64,000 nt of DNA from an uncultured Bacilli bacterium (GCA_934086485.1 CAKOIF010000004.1:14777-78776), one strand, 5' to 3'. Positions 9,661-19,624 are shown, counted from the first letter of the stretch. Notes: a model not told the origin generated them from the sequence alone. Numbers and translations are program-made.

Positions 9661-10287
9661 CTATTTTATATTATCAAATTCAAGTAAATAATCATCATTA
9701 TTATCTTTTATATTGATAGATAAAATATTTTGTTCATTAATTTTAAATATTATCCTTATATTTTCATTTTCATAACTTATTTCATTTTGGTCTTCGTTTA
9801 CATTTTCTGTTAGATTTAAAGTCAAATCATATATTTTTTGAATATCTAAATAATTTCCATTTAAATCTAAATATAAGTTTTCTAAAGGAACTTTTTCATC
9901 CATATTTATTTGAAAAATACCTTCACTATTAATTTCATATTTAATAAGTCCTTCACTATTTTCCCTATAGCCTGTATCATTTTCTTTAGTTTTATTTCCT
10001 GTATAAACAGTTTTACCTAATGAAGTATTTATTGTATACTTATAATCATATTCACTATTAAGTAGTTTTTCTTTCATATCATTAAAAGTTATAATATTTT
10101 CATTCTCATTATTTTTAGGTAAATTTTTAAGAGTATTATTGTAAGGAATGACTACGATTAAAAAGACAAATAAGAAAAATATAAGCCAAAGTCCTAAACA
10201 AATTAAAGCGTGATATCTTTTGTTTTCCCAAAGTTTAACAAAAGTATTATCGGGATCTTTCTTTTTTAACATTTTAATTATTAACAT
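9661..10287 (-). CDS. Hypothetical membrane-anchored protein
   Basis: Single N-terminal TM (LICLGLWLIFFLFVFLIVVIPY), Asn/Glu-rich ectodomain. Start chosen at the ATG with AAGGA 8 nt upstream; it overlaps the fmt stop. Start uncertain. Confidence 0.5.
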   Translation of the reverse strand: MLIIKMLKKKDPDNTFVKLWENKRYHALICLGLWLIFFLFVFLIVVIPYNNTLKNLPKNNENENIITFNDMKEKLLNSEYDYKYTINTSLGKTVYTGNKTKENDTGYRENSEGLIKYEINSEGIFQINMDEKVPLENLYLDLNGNYLDIQKIYDLTLNLTENVNEDQNEISYENENIRIIFKINEQNILSINIKDNNDDYLLEFDNIK

Positions 10288-11194
10288 ATAAATTTTCCTT
10301 ATCAATGCCATTTAAAAAGGCTTTTATATTCATTTCATTTTTACCCATTGGTTTTACTATCTCAAGACTTATTACACCATCTTTACAGCCAATTTCCAAA
10401 TTGTTTTTACTTGCATATACTTTACCTACTTCACTATTTTTTTTAATAAATGAAGCCCTACATACCTTTATTTCTTTGTCATTTAAAACGAAGTTTGCAT
10501 AAGGTGATGGAGCAAAAGCTCTTATTTGATTTATAATATCTTTTCCATCTTTATTAAAATCTATTTTTTCATCTTCCCTAGTTATAAGCCTTGTATAAGT
10601 GGCTTCATCATCATTTTGATGGATACTTTCATTTTCTCTTTTCACAATTAATGGTAATGTTTTTTCAAGAAGGTTTGCCCCTAAAATAGATAATTTATTT
10701 GATAATGTTTCAAGGTTATCATCAATATTTATACTAACACTTTCCATTGAAATTATATTTCCGGTGTCCATACCTTTGTCCATATACATAATAGTTACAC
10801 CAGTTTTAGTTTCACCATTTAAAATAGCACTTTGAATTGGCGATGCACCCCTGTACTTTGGTAAAAGAGATGCGTGTACATTGATACATCCAAGTTTGGG
10901 AATACTCAAAATACTTTCTGGCACTATTTTTCCATATGCACAAGTTATAATTATATCAGGATTAATCTCACTTATTTCTTCGAATGCATCTTTGATTTTA
11001 TCTGGTGTTATTACATCAATTTTATTTTCTAAAGCACATTTTTTTACTGGAGAATAAGTAAGCACTCTCTTTCTTCCTTCATAAGTGTCCTTTTTTGTTA
11101 CCACTAAAACAAGGTTAGTATTTTTTATTAAATATTCAAGTACTGGAACTGCGAATAAAGGTGTTCCCATAAATATTACTTTTAAGTCTTTCAT
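10274..11194 (-). CDS. fmt: Methionyl-tRNA formyltransferase
   Basis: VIFMGTPLFAVPVLEYL..., INVHASLLPKYRGASPIQSAILNGETKTGVTIMYMDKGMDTGNII. Confidence 0.93.
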   Translation of the reverse strand: MKDLKVIFMGTPLFAVPVLEYLIKNTNLVLVVTKKDTYEGRKRVLTYSPVKKCALENKIDVITPDKIKDAFEEISEINPDIIITCAYGKIVPESILSIPKLGCINVHASLLPKYRGASPIQSAILNGETKTGVTIMYMDKGMDTGNIISMESVSINIDDNLETLSNKLSILGANLLEKTLPLIVKRENESIHQNDDEATYTRLITREDEKIDFNKDGKDIINQIRAFAPSPYANFVLNDKEIKVCRASFIKKNSEVGKVYASKNNLEIGCKDGVISLEIVKPMGKNEMNIKAFLNGIDKENLYVNN

Positions 11195-11273
11195 TTATCC
11201 TCCGTATAACTAGATTATACACTATTTTTCCCTAAAATTAAAGAAAATTCATTTTTTCTATAAAAATTCTACA

Positions 11274-11305
11274 AAACAAAAAAACTTAGACATTTCTATC
11301 TAAGT
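11274..11305 (-). terminator. Intrinsic terminator after ppdK
   Basis: Minus strand ACUUAGAuagaaaugUCUAAGU followed by UUUUUUUGUUUUG. Confidence 0.7.
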
Positions 11306-11312
11306 TTATAAA

Positions 11313-13934
11313 TTATTTTTCGCTTTTAATTGCAGCTTGTGCAGCAGCAAGTCTAGCAATAGGAACTCTATAAGGTGAACAAGATACATAATCAAGTCCA
11401 ACATTATGACAGAATTCAACACTTGATGGATCTCCACCATGTTCTCCACAGATACCTAAATGGATATTTGGATTAGTTTCTCTTCCTAAAGTAGATGCCA
11501 TCTTAACAAGTTTACCTACACCTTTTTGATCAAGTTTTGCAAATGGATCATTTTCATATATTTTCTTATCATAGTAAGCTCCTAAGAATTTACCAGCATC
11601 ATCTCTTGAGAAACCAAATGTCATTTGTGTTAAGTCATTTGTTCCGAATGAGAAGAAATCTGCTTCTTTAGCTATTTCATCTGCAGTAAGTGCTGCTCTT
11701 GGAATTTCAATCATTGTTCCAACATGATAAGTCATATCAATATTTTCATTTTTAATTATTTCATCTGCTGTTTCACAAACTATATTTTTTACATATTTTA
11801 ACTCTTTTACTTCACCAACAAGTGGAATCATAATTTCTGGAGTTATTTTAGTATTTAGTCTTTTTGATACAGCAATTGCTGCTTTAATAACTGCTCTTGT
11901 TTGCATCTTTGCAATTTCAGGGAATGTAACAGCAAGTCTACAACCTCTGTGACCCATCATTGGGTTAAATTCATGAAGTGATGCAATAATATTTTTAATT
12001 TGTTCAACTGTCTTACCTTGAGAATCTGCAAGAAGTTTAATATCAGCTTCCTCAGTTGGTACGAATTCATGAAGTGGTGGATCCAAATATCTAATTGTTA
12101 CACCATAACCTTCCATTGCTTCATATAATGCTTCAAAGTCTTTTTGTTGCATTGGTTCGATTTTAGCAAGGGCATTTTCTCTTTCTTCAACTGTATCAGA
12201 ACAAATCATTTCCCTAATAGCGGCAATTCTGTCTTTTTCAAAGAACATATGCTCAGTTCTACAAAGACCAATACCTTCAGCACCTAACTCTCTTGCTTTT
12301 GTAGCATCTTTTGGTGTATCAGCATTTGTTCTTACAGCTAGTCTTCTGTACTTATCAGCCCAAGCCATAATTCTTTCAAATTCACCTGTAATTGCAGCAT
12401 CAGTTTTTGGAATTAATCCTTTATAAATTCTACCAGTTGAACCATCTATAGAAATTTCACTTCCTTCAGTAAATGTTTCTGTGCCTAAAGTAAAACGTTT
12501 ATTCTCTTCATCCATTACTATTTCTTGGCAACCAGATACGCAGCAAGTTCCCATACCACGAGCAACAACAGCAGCGTGAGATGTCATTCCACCACGAACA
12601 GTAAGAATACCTTCACTAGCTTTCATTCCTTCGATATCCTCTGGAGAAGTTTCAAGTCTAACAAGTACAACTTTTTCACCATTTTCATGAGCTTTTTTAG
12701 CATCTTCAGCAGTAAATACTACCTTACCTGCAGCAGCCCCTGGAGAAGCAGCAAGTCCTTTACCAATTTCATGAGCATCTTTTAAAGCATTTGTGTCAAA
12801 TGTTGGATGTAAAAGTGTATCTAAGTTTCTAGGATCAATCATAAGTACTGCTTCTTTATCAGTAATTTTTCCTTCATCAACTAAATCACAAGCAATTTTT
12901 AAAGCTGCTTTTGCAGTTCTTTTACCATTTCTTGTCTGAAGCATATAAAGTTTTTCATTTTCAATTGTAAATTCCATATCTTGCATATCATGATAATGAT
13001 TCTCTAAAGTAGCACAAATATTTGTAAATTCTTCATAAACTTTTGGCATAACTTCTTTTAAATGAGAAATAGGTTGTGGAGTTCTAACACCAGCAACTAC
13101 ATCTTCACCTTGGGCATTCATTAAGAATTCACCCATTAAATGTTTTTCTCCAGTCGCAGGATCTCTTGTAAATGCAACACCTGTTCCTGAAGTTTCTCCC
13201 ATATTACCAAATGCCATCATTTGAACGTTTACAGCAGTTCCCCAAGAATAAGGAATATCATTATCCCTACGATAAACATTTGCTCTTGGATTATCCCATG
13301 ATCTAAATACTGCTTTAATAGCTCCCATTAATTGATCAACTGGATTATTTGGAAAATCTTCTCCAACTTTAGATTTATATTCTTCTTTAAACTCTCTAGC
13401 AAGCTCTTTTAAATCTTCTGCAGTAAGTTCAACATCTAAAGTTACTCCTTTTTCAGTTTTCATTTTATCAATTAAAGTTTCAAAGTATTTTTTACCAACT
13501 TCCATTACTACATCAGAATACATTTGAATGAATCTTCTATAGCAATCCCAAGCCCATCTTGGATTTCCACTTTTTTGTGATAAAACCTCAACAACTTCTT
13601 CATTTAAACCTAAATTTAAAATTGTATCCATCATACCTGGCATTGAGGCTCTTGCACCACTTCTTACTGAAACTAAAAGTGGATTTTCTTTATCACCAAA
13701 CTTTTTACCAGTTATTTCTTCCATTTTTTTGATATTTTCAAAAATTTCATTTTCAATATCTTCACTTATTTTTTTACCATCTTCATAATATCTTGTACAA
13801 GCCTCAGTTGTAATAGTAAAACCTTGAGGTACAGGTAAACCTAATTTTGTCATTTCTGCAAGATTTGCACCTTTACCACCAAGTAAATTTCTCATATCTT
13901 TATTTCCTTCAGAAAATAAATATACATATTTCAT
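11313..13934 (-). CDS. ppdK: Pyruvate, phosphate dikinase
   Basis: NLLGGKGANLAEM, GGMTSHAAVVARGMG (phospho-His domain), LCRTEHMFF, GICGEHGGDP. Start at ATG 13934 (MKYVYLF) with a GAAAGGTGGG RBS; the track ORF has a 27-aa spurious extension. Confidence 0.93.
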   Translation of the reverse strand: MKYVYLFSEGNKDMRNLLGGKGANLAEMTKLGLPVPQGFTITTEACTRYYEDGKKISEDIENEIFENIKKMEEITGKKFGDKENPLLVSVRSGARASMPGMMDTILNLGLNEEVVEVLSQKSGNPRWAWDCYRRFIQMYSDVVMEVGKKYFETLIDKMKTEKGVTLDVELTAEDLKELAREFKEEYKSKVGEDFPNNPVDQLMGAIKAVFRSWDNPRANVYRRDNDIPYSWGTAVNVQMMAFGNMGETSGTGVAFTRDPATGEKHLMGEFLMNAQGEDVVAGVRTPQPISHLKEVMPKVYEEFTNICATLENHYHDMQDMEFTIENEKLYMLQTRNGKRTAKAALKIACDLVDEGKITDKEAVLMIDPRNLDTLLHPTFDTNALKDAHEIGKGLAASPGAAAGKVVFTAEDAKKAHENGEKVVLVRLETSPEDIEGMKASEGILTVRGGMTSHAAVVARGMGTCCVSGCQEIVMDEENKRFTLGTETFTEGSEISIDGSTGRIYKGLIPKTDAAITGEFERIMAWADKYRRLAVRTNADTPKDATKARELGAEGIGLCRTEHMFFEKDRIAAIREMICSDTVEERENALAKIEPMQQKDFEALYEAMEGYGVTIRYLDPPLHEFVPTEEADIKLLADSQGKTVEQIKNIIASLHEFNPMMGHRGCRLAVTFPEIAKMQTRAVIKAAIAVSKRLNTKITPEIMIPLVGEVKELKYVKNIVCETADEIIKNENIDMTYHVGTMIEIPRAALTADEIAKEADFFSFGTNDLTQMTFGFSRDDAGKFLGAYYDKKIYENDPFAKLDQKGVGKLVKMASTLGRETNPNIHLGICGEHGGDPSSVEFCHNVGLDYVSCSPYRVPIARLAAAQAAIKSEK

Positions 13935-13996
13935 ATAATTCCCACCTTTCACAAACCTTATTATATCAATTTTTGGTATAAATATATATAAATATT

Positions 13997-14029
13997 TTAA
14001 AAAGTGTAAAGTCACTTTACACTTTTTTT
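13997..14029. terminator. Bidirectional hairpin AAAAAGTGTAAAGtcaCTTTACACTTTTTTT
   Basis: Perfect 8-bp stem (14004-14011 / 14015-14022) flanked by A- and T-runs. Lies between rel and the ppdK promoter region. Confidence 0.7.
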
Positions 14030-14189
14030 AACATTTTTGGTTCTAATTTTGTCTTGTTTTGTCGAATCGCTTGCAATTAAATAAAAAATAATATTTAATA
14101 ACTTATCGAGGCGAAAGATTATTATTTACAATAACATACTCCCTACACATGTTAGTTTTAAAACCTAATCCTTTCTTAATACTTTCGCC

Positions 14190-15569
14190 TCATTTTTTTA
14201 ATGATAAACTCTTATTTTTATTATACAAAAGTGATACCCTATCATTATTTGTAAGAATATGATTTGGTCCCACTAAATTATTATTTACATATGCTCCTAA
14301 AACAACATTAACAAAATCTTTTTTAGTTTTATAAGCAAAATCAATTATTGTTGAACCTTTAGCAAGTTCTATAGCATTACCATTTTCATCAAAAACATAG
14401 ATAATATTACTAAATAATTCTTTTTGAATATGTTCAATAAAATCTTTATTATCTGGATATTCATCATTTAAATCACAAATAGTATTAAAAAATTGATAAT
14501 GAGTTTTTAAGTCTGTAAGCATATTATCTTTTACATTTCTATCATCTTTATCCCAATAACCAGTAAGTCCATAAGAATTTGCTTTGTCCATTTCAAAAGT
14601 TCTTATTTGACATTGAATTAATCTATTAAATGGTCCAAATATACTTGTATGAAGACTTTGATACATATTAGTTTTAGGACTTGAAATATAATCTTTGAAC
14701 TTATAATTAAGTGGATGATATTTACTATGAATAAGTCCTAAAGTTTTATAACAATCCATAACCTGCCTTACCACTACTTTAAGAGCCACTAAATCGTGCA
14801 TTTCATCAAGAGTAAAACCTTTTTTCATTTTTCTATAAATACCATATATATTTTTAGTTCTAACTTTCATATCATTAGGAACATTATTATCTAAAAGAAA
14901 ATTATGAATTACTTTTTCAAGTTCAAATATATTATCAGATTCATATTTTTCAAAATTATATTTTTGCTCTAATATATTATGATATTTTTCAGGTTCTAAA
15001 TATTTAAATGATAAATCCTCAAGTTCAGTTTTTATATGGTATGCCCCAATATAACTTGCAAGGGGAACATAGATATTCATAGTCTCTTTTGCTTTTTCAA
15101 TTTGTTTTTCTGAAGTTTTGAAATCTAGTGTACGCATATTATGAAGACGATCAGCAAGTTTAATAATTAGTATTCTTGGATCATTAATTATGCTAGTAAT
15201 AATTTTACGCATATTCGCAAGATTTTCTTCCTCTTTTGTTTGAAAATTTATTTTAGTAAATTTAGTTACTCCTTCGACTAGGGTATAAACATTTTCACCA
15301 AATAAAGTTATTATTTCCTCTTTTGAGGCATTTGTATCCTCTAAAGTATCGTGTAAAAGTCCAGCACATACTGTATCACTATCTGCGTGCATCTCCGCTA
15401 AAATATAAGAAACTATTAAAGGATGAATTATATAGTCTTCTCCACTTTGTCTTTTTTGACCTTTATGCTTATCACTTGCAAAATCATAGGCTTGTTTAAT
15501 CCTTCCTACATCTTTTAAATTATAACTACCAAATAGTTTAATAAGTAAATCCAAATTAACTCTATTCAT
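14190..15569 (-). CDS. rel: RelA/SpoT-homolog (p)ppGpp synthetase/hydrolase, short form (HD + synthetase + TGS only)
   Basis: HD domain HPLIVSYILAEMHADSDTVCAGLLHDTLEDT. Synthetase region RTKNIYGIYRKM...KDYISSPKTNMYQSLHTSIFGP...QIRTFEM. TGS-like VFDENGNAIELAKGSTIIDFAY. Start at ATG 15569 (MNRVNLD), downstream of the recA stop. 459 aa. Confidence 0.8.
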   Translation of the reverse strand: MNRVNLDLLIKLFGSYNLKDVGRIKQAYDFASDKHKGQKRQSGEDYIIHPLIVSYILAEMHADSDTVCAGLLHDTLEDTNASKEEIITLFGENVYTLVEGVTKFTKINFQTKEEENLANMRKIITSIINDPRILIIKLADRLHNMRTLDFKTSEKQIEKAKETMNIYVPLASYIGAYHIKTELEDLSFKYLEPEKYHNILEQKYNFEKYESDNIFELEKVIHNFLLDNNVPNDMKVRTKNIYGIYRKMKKGFTLDEMHDLVALKVVVRQVMDCYKTLGLIHSKYHPLNYKFKDYISSPKTNMYQSLHTSIFGPFNRLIQCQIRTFEMDKANSYGLTGYWDKDDRNVKDNMLTDLKTHYQFFNTICDLNDEYPDNKDFIEHIQKELFSNIIYVFDENGNAIELAKGSTIIDFAYKTKKDFVNVVLGAYVNNNLVGPNHILTNNDRVSLLYNKNKSLSLKK

Positions 15570-15636
15570 ACATACCCCACAAAAAAACTTAAGACTATCA
15601 TAACAAAAAATATGATATTTTGTAAACAAAAAGAAG

Positions 15637-16680
15637 TTATTTTTCTTTTTTAACTTCTTCTTTTTTAGGTTCATCAATTTTGAAACCATAATGTTTTCTA
15701 ACTTTATTTTCAATTTCTGTTTTAAGTTCAACATTATTTCTTAAAAATGCTTTAACATTTTCTTTTCCTTGACCAATCTTTTCTCCATTATATGAATACC
15801 AAGCACCACTTTTATCAATGATATCAATATCACTTGCAAGGTCAACTATTTCACCCTCTCTTGATATTCCTTCACCATACATTATGTCAACACTTGCAGT
15901 TCTAAATGGCGGAGATACTTTATTTTTAACTACTTTAATGTTTACTTTATTTCCGACAACAGTATCACCAGATTTAATTTGTTCACCTTTTCTTATATCA
16001 AGTCTAACACTTGAATAAAATTTAAGTGCTCTTCCACCTGGTGTAGTTTCTGGATTACCAAACATTATACCAACTTTTTCTCTTAATTGATTGATAAAGA
16101 TACAAGTAGTCTTACTCTTATTCATATTTCCCGATAATTTTCTAAGAGCTTGACTCATAAGCCTTGCCTGAAGACCAACATGTGAATCTCCCATTTCTCC
16201 ATCAATTTCCGCTTGAGGTACCAAAGCAGCAACAGAGTCAATAACAATTAAATCAACTGCTTCACTTTTAACTAGTGCATCACATATTTCAAGTGCTTGC
16301 TCACCAGTATCTGGTTGACTTAATAATAAATCATTAATATTTACGCCCAAATTTCTGGCATACACAGGATCAAGAGCATGTTCAGCATCGATAAACGCTG
16401 CTCTTCCACCTTTCTTTTGTACTTCAGCAATCGCTTGTAAGGCAATAGTAGTTTTACCACTACTTTCAGGTCCAAATATTTCAATGATTCTTCCAACTGG
16501 AAATCCGCCAACTCCTAAAGCAATATCAAGAGCAAGCGACCCAGATGAAGTAGTATCAATTTCGATATGTTCTTCATTACCAAGTCTCATTATGGCACCT
16601 TTTCCAAATTGTTTTTCAATATCAGCTAAAACCCCTTCTAAGATTTTATCCTTGTCTTTTTCATCTTTTGTTATTTTCAT
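15637..16680 (-). CDS. recA: Recombinase RecA
   Basis: [17 protein letters not shown] (Walker A), [26 protein letters not shown]. Confidence 0.97.
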   Translation of the reverse strand: MKITKDEKDKDKILEGVLADIEKQFGKGAIMRLGNEEHIEIDTTSSGSLALDIALGVGGFPVGRIIEIFGPESSGKTTIALQAIAEVQKKGGRAAFIDAEHALDPVYARNLGVNINDLLLSQPDTGEQALEICDALVKSEAVDLIVIDSVAALVPQAEIDGEMGDSHVGLQARLMSQALRKLSGNMNKSKTTCIFINQLREKVGIMFGNPETTPGGRALKFYSSVRLDIRKGEQIKSGDTVVGNKVNIKVVKNKVSPPFRTASVDIMYGEGISREGEIVDLASDIDIIDKSGAWYSYNGEKIGQGKENVKAFLRNNVELKTEIENKVRKHYGFKIDEPKKEEVKKEK

Positions 16681-16761
16681 TTTTTACCTTTCTAAAACTC
16701 TGACATTTTCATTGTAACTTAATATCAAAAATATATCAAGTTATTTTGTCATCACATATTA

Positions 16762-16803
16762 ATTATATTATATCAATTTTTATTTGTCAAGTACAATTGT
16801 TCG
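16762..16803 (-). promoter_or_regulatory. recA promoter with adjacent Cheo (LexA) box
   Basis: Minus strand reads CGAACAATTGTAC (16803-16791), then TTGACA (16790-16785), 17 nt, then TATAAT (16767-16762). The box is one mismatch from CGAAC-N4-GTTCG. Confidence 0.7.
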
Positions 16804-16835
16804 TTTATAAAAAATAAAAAAATAGTAAATTAATA

Positions 16836-17255
16836 CTATTTATTTTGAAGCATATTTAATAAATCGATTTTAAACATTTCTTTTGAGGCATTTTGTTTAG
16901 AAATCATAATGCCTTTATAAGTTGTAAGTTCACTTCTATGACCTTCTAAAAGTATATCTTCTGGTGTTAAAGTTTCAAGCATTACAATACCTTCTTTTTT
17001 ATGAACAGTATATAAAAGTTTAACTTCACCATGAATTTGAGTAAATATTTTATCACTAGGAAGCTTTAATTCATAACTTTCAGTACCATTTTTCTTATTT
17101 TCAGATACTTTCTCACCTACTAAATTACCACTTCTTAAAGATGGATAATATTCAAAAGTAAGTTTTTTAAAAGCTATCATATTATATTTCTTTAAAGCTC
17201 TTTCTAGTTTTCTAAACTCATTTTCATTAATATAATCTAAAACATATCCTTTCAT
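16836..17255 (-). CDS. Hypothetical protein (139 aa)
   Basis: Intact ORF with AAGGGGGAAA RBS. The segment ...VKLLYTVHKKEGIVMLETLTPEDIL is vaguely RelE/HigB-like, but I cannot assign it. Confidence 0.5.
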   Translation of the reverse strand: MKGYVLDYINENEFRKLERALKKYNMIAFKKLTFEYYPSLRSGNLVGEKVSENKKNGTESYELKLPSDKIFTQIHGEVKLLYTVHKKEGIVMLETLTPEDILLEGHRSELTTYKGIMISKQNASKEMFKIDLLNMLQNK

Positions 17256-17276
17256 TTTCCATTTCCCCCTTATTAC

Positions 17277-17379
17277 GCTATAATTATAGCATAGTTATCA
17301 AATAATGTCAAGTTTACACCTCAATATTATTATTTACCCAATGGAACCTAATTATACAATGATTTTTATTTACTGTCAA
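17277..17379 (-). promoter_or_regulatory. Two tandem consensus sigma-A-type promoters plus a 14-bp palindrome
   Basis: Distal promoter: TTGACA(17379-17374)-17-TATAAT(17356-17351). Proximal promoter: TTGACA(17311-17306)-17-TGcTATAAT(17288-17283). The palindrome GCTATAATTATAGC (17277-17290) overlaps the proximal -10. Confidence 0.6.
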
Positions 17380-17380
17380 A

Positions 17381-17410
17381 TAAAAAGTGAAAATAATATT
17401 TATTTTCACT
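17381..17410 (-). terminator. Intrinsic terminator after dnaI
   Basis: AGUGAAAAUAaauauUAUUUUCACU followed by UUUUA; overlaps the dnaI stop by 1 nt. Confidence 0.6.
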
Positions 17411-18288
17411 TAATTTCTTCGATTAACCGATATTAAAGGCATATCTATCGTTAATTGTTTTATTCTTTCAATAATTCTACGTGCTTTAACATTATCAACA
17501 TTATCTTTAGAGCAAGATAGATGTTTTTCAAGTTCATTTATATCTAAATTGCTTGTAAAAAATGTAGTTTTATGTTTATTCATTCTTTCTTGTAAAATAG
17601 TACCAAGAATTTCATCTCTTCCCCAATTAGTTACATTTTCAGCACCGATATCATCAAGTACAAGAATTTCTACATTTGAATAGTAACTTACCTTACTTTC
17701 TACCAAAGATAAATCCTCTTTTAAAGTTCGAAGTAATTCAGGATAATACACTATTTCATATGAAATATGTTTTTTTATTTCAAGTTCATTTAAAAGGCAA
17801 GCAAGTAAAAATGTTTTACCACTTCCAAAACTTCCATGTAAATATAAACCTTTTGGACTAGACTTAATATTATATTCATCATAAAATTTCTTTAAAAATT
17901 TAATTAACTCTATTCTATTTTTATCAGATACATCAATATCTTTCATTCTAGCATTTTTAAGTTCATTATTTTCATCTTTTTCATTTAATATATTTTCATA
18001 TTCTTTTAACTTTTTACATTTTGCATAACCAAAACATAAAAAACTTTCTTTATTTTCTGGATAATATACATAACCTTTAATTTTATTTTTACATTCACTT
18101 AAACCAGGACATTTCTTACAATTATGTAGTTCATTTAAAGTATCCTCTAAAGAAGATAAATTGTTTTTTATTTCCTTTTCACTTATCTTAAATTTATTTA
18201 TAAGTGCTATAAAATCAGGATTAGTTTTAAGTTCTTCATATTTATCATTTAAAATATTTTCATTATAATCGTTTTTTATTTTTTCCAT
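17410..18288 (-). CDS. dnaI: Primosomal helicase loader DnaI
   Basis: N-terminal Cys cluster CKKCPGLSECKN. AAA+ motifs GLYLHGSFGSGKTFLL and LVLDDIGAE. Follows dnaB with overlapping stop and start. Confidence 0.85.
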   Translation of the reverse strand: MEKIKNDYNENILNDKYEELKTNPDFIALINKFKISEKEIKNNLSSLEDTLNELHNCKKCPGLSECKNKIKGYVYYPENKESFLCFGYAKCKKLKEYENILNEKDENNELKNARMKDIDVSDKNRIELIKFLKKFYDEYNIKSSPKGLYLHGSFGSGKTFLLACLLNELEIKKHISYEIVYYPELLRTLKEDLSLVESKVSYYSNVEILVLDDIGAENVTNWGRDEILGTILQERMNKHKTTFFTSNLDINELEKHLSCSKDNVDNVKARRIIERIKQLTIDMPLISVNRRN

Positions 18289-19544
18289 TACTTAAACTCC
18301 TTTAATAAATCAGTTAGTTCCTTTTGTTCTTCTTCGGTTGCATCATTTTTTTCAATCTTTGTATTAAACCAAGCAGGTTCACTAATTTTCTTACTTGTAA
18401 CAGTTATCTTTTTATTTAACTTTTTATGTTCTTTTTCTGCAAACTTCATAGCTTCTTCGGCAGTTTTTAAATCAGCCCTTTTCCATTGACCAGCAATAGT
18501 TTCCACATATGCAGTTGTAAGACGATTATTATTTTTACGAAGGCAATAATCAAGTAAAACATTTACAACAGCGGGAGTAAGTTCTAGATCAACCAAAAGA
18601 TTTTCTACAAGTTTTAGGTCTTTAGCCGTAGGACTTGCACCTTTATTTTTATATTTTAAAAAGTCATAAGGACTAATGCTTTCAAACATTTGAACAATTT
18701 GAGCATGAAGTGAGTTATCTCCACTTGCCTTTTTTAAATATTCAGGTTGTGTTCTATAAACAAGTGTTGGCATACTATTTGACGATAAATTATATTTCTT
18801 TCGAGCATTAATTCTAAGTTCATTTTTATCAATCATTCCAAACTCATTTAAACTATTGCGCAATAGTTCAATCATTTGTAAGGTATCAAAGTTATATATA
18901 AATGACAAATTATCAATTAACTCTCTAGCCTTTTTATTAAGAGCTTTTTCAGATAAAACACTTTTAGGTATCGATGAGGTAATTAAATCATAATCAATCT
19001 TACTATTTAAACTAACTGCATTTGAGCATCTTTCTTTAGCACCATCTTTTGGAGCATATGAAGAAGAAATAAATACTTCATCCATTTTTTTAGTAATTTC
19101 TTCATAACCAGAATAATCACTTCTTTTCTTTTGAAAAAATTTAAATAATTTATCATATTCATCTGGACCAATATTACTATAAAGTACCATATTAAGTATT
19201 GGATGATTAAAAAATTCTGATGGTAAAAGTGGACTATAAAGTTCATAAATAAATGACTTTACATCACCAGGTTTTACATATGTTTTTAAAAGTCCTACAG
19301 CCTCAAGACAGTAAAATGCACTTTGAACATTTTCCTTTGTATCATTTAAAAGTGAAATTAAATGTTGATGAATTTCTTCCTCACTTTCTTCCTCTTTTAA
19401 AGATAAATCTTGCCACAAAATAAGATATAAAGAAACTGCTAAACTTCCAATAATAGGCATATAAAAAGATATTAAGTTTTTCTTGTCTACATCACTTAAA
19501 ATAGTCTTATTAATAACTTTATATTTATCTGCAGGTAAAAACAT
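18288..19544 (-). CDS. dnaB: Replication initiation / membrane attachment protein DnaB (DnaB_2/DnaD-like domain)
   Basis: C-terminal TPAVVNVLLDYCLRKNNNRLTTAYVETIAGQWKRADLKTAEEA is typical of the DnaD/DnaB_2 domain. Has the dnaB-dnaI pairing seen in Bacillus. Confidence 0.75.
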   Translation of the reverse strand: MFLPADKYKVINKTILSDVDKKNLISFYMPIIGSLAVSLYLILWQDLSLKEEESEEEIHQHLISLLNDTKENVQSAFYCLEAVGLLKTYVKPGDVKSFIYELYSPLLPSEFFNHPILNMVLYSNIGPDEYDKLFKFFQKKRSDYSGYEEITKKMDEVFISSSYAPKDGAKERCSNAVSLNSKIDYDLITSSIPKSVLSEKALNKKARELIDNLSFIYNFDTLQMIELLRNSLNEFGMIDKNELRINARKKYNLSSNSMPTLVYRTQPEYLKKASGDNSLHAQIVQMFESISPYDFLKYKNKGASPTAKDLKLVENLLVDLELTPAVVNVLLDYCLRKNNNRLTTAYVETIAGQWKRADLKTAEEAMKFAEKEHKKLNKKITVTSKKISEPAWFNTKIEKNDATEEEQKELTDLLKEFK

Positions 19545-19591
19545 ATTTTCCTCCTACAAATATTATAAGATATAAAAATTAAAATCACAAT

Positions 19592-19618
19592 AAAAAAAGA
19601 TAACCAAATTTGATTACC
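19592..19618 (-). terminator. Intrinsic terminator closing the Tad-like operon
   Basis: Minus strand GGUAAUCAaauuUGGUUAUC (8 bp including G-U pairs) followed by UUUUUUU. Confidence 0.6.
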
Positions 19619-19624
19619 TTTAAA

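Noticed and set aside
14016-15734. Track ORF start for rel at 15734, overlapping recA by about 100 nt
   Set aside because: The extension ([15 protein letters not shown]…) is Lys-rich junk in the recA 3' end. The conserved RSH sequence starts at ATG 15569, which has a G-rich RBS.
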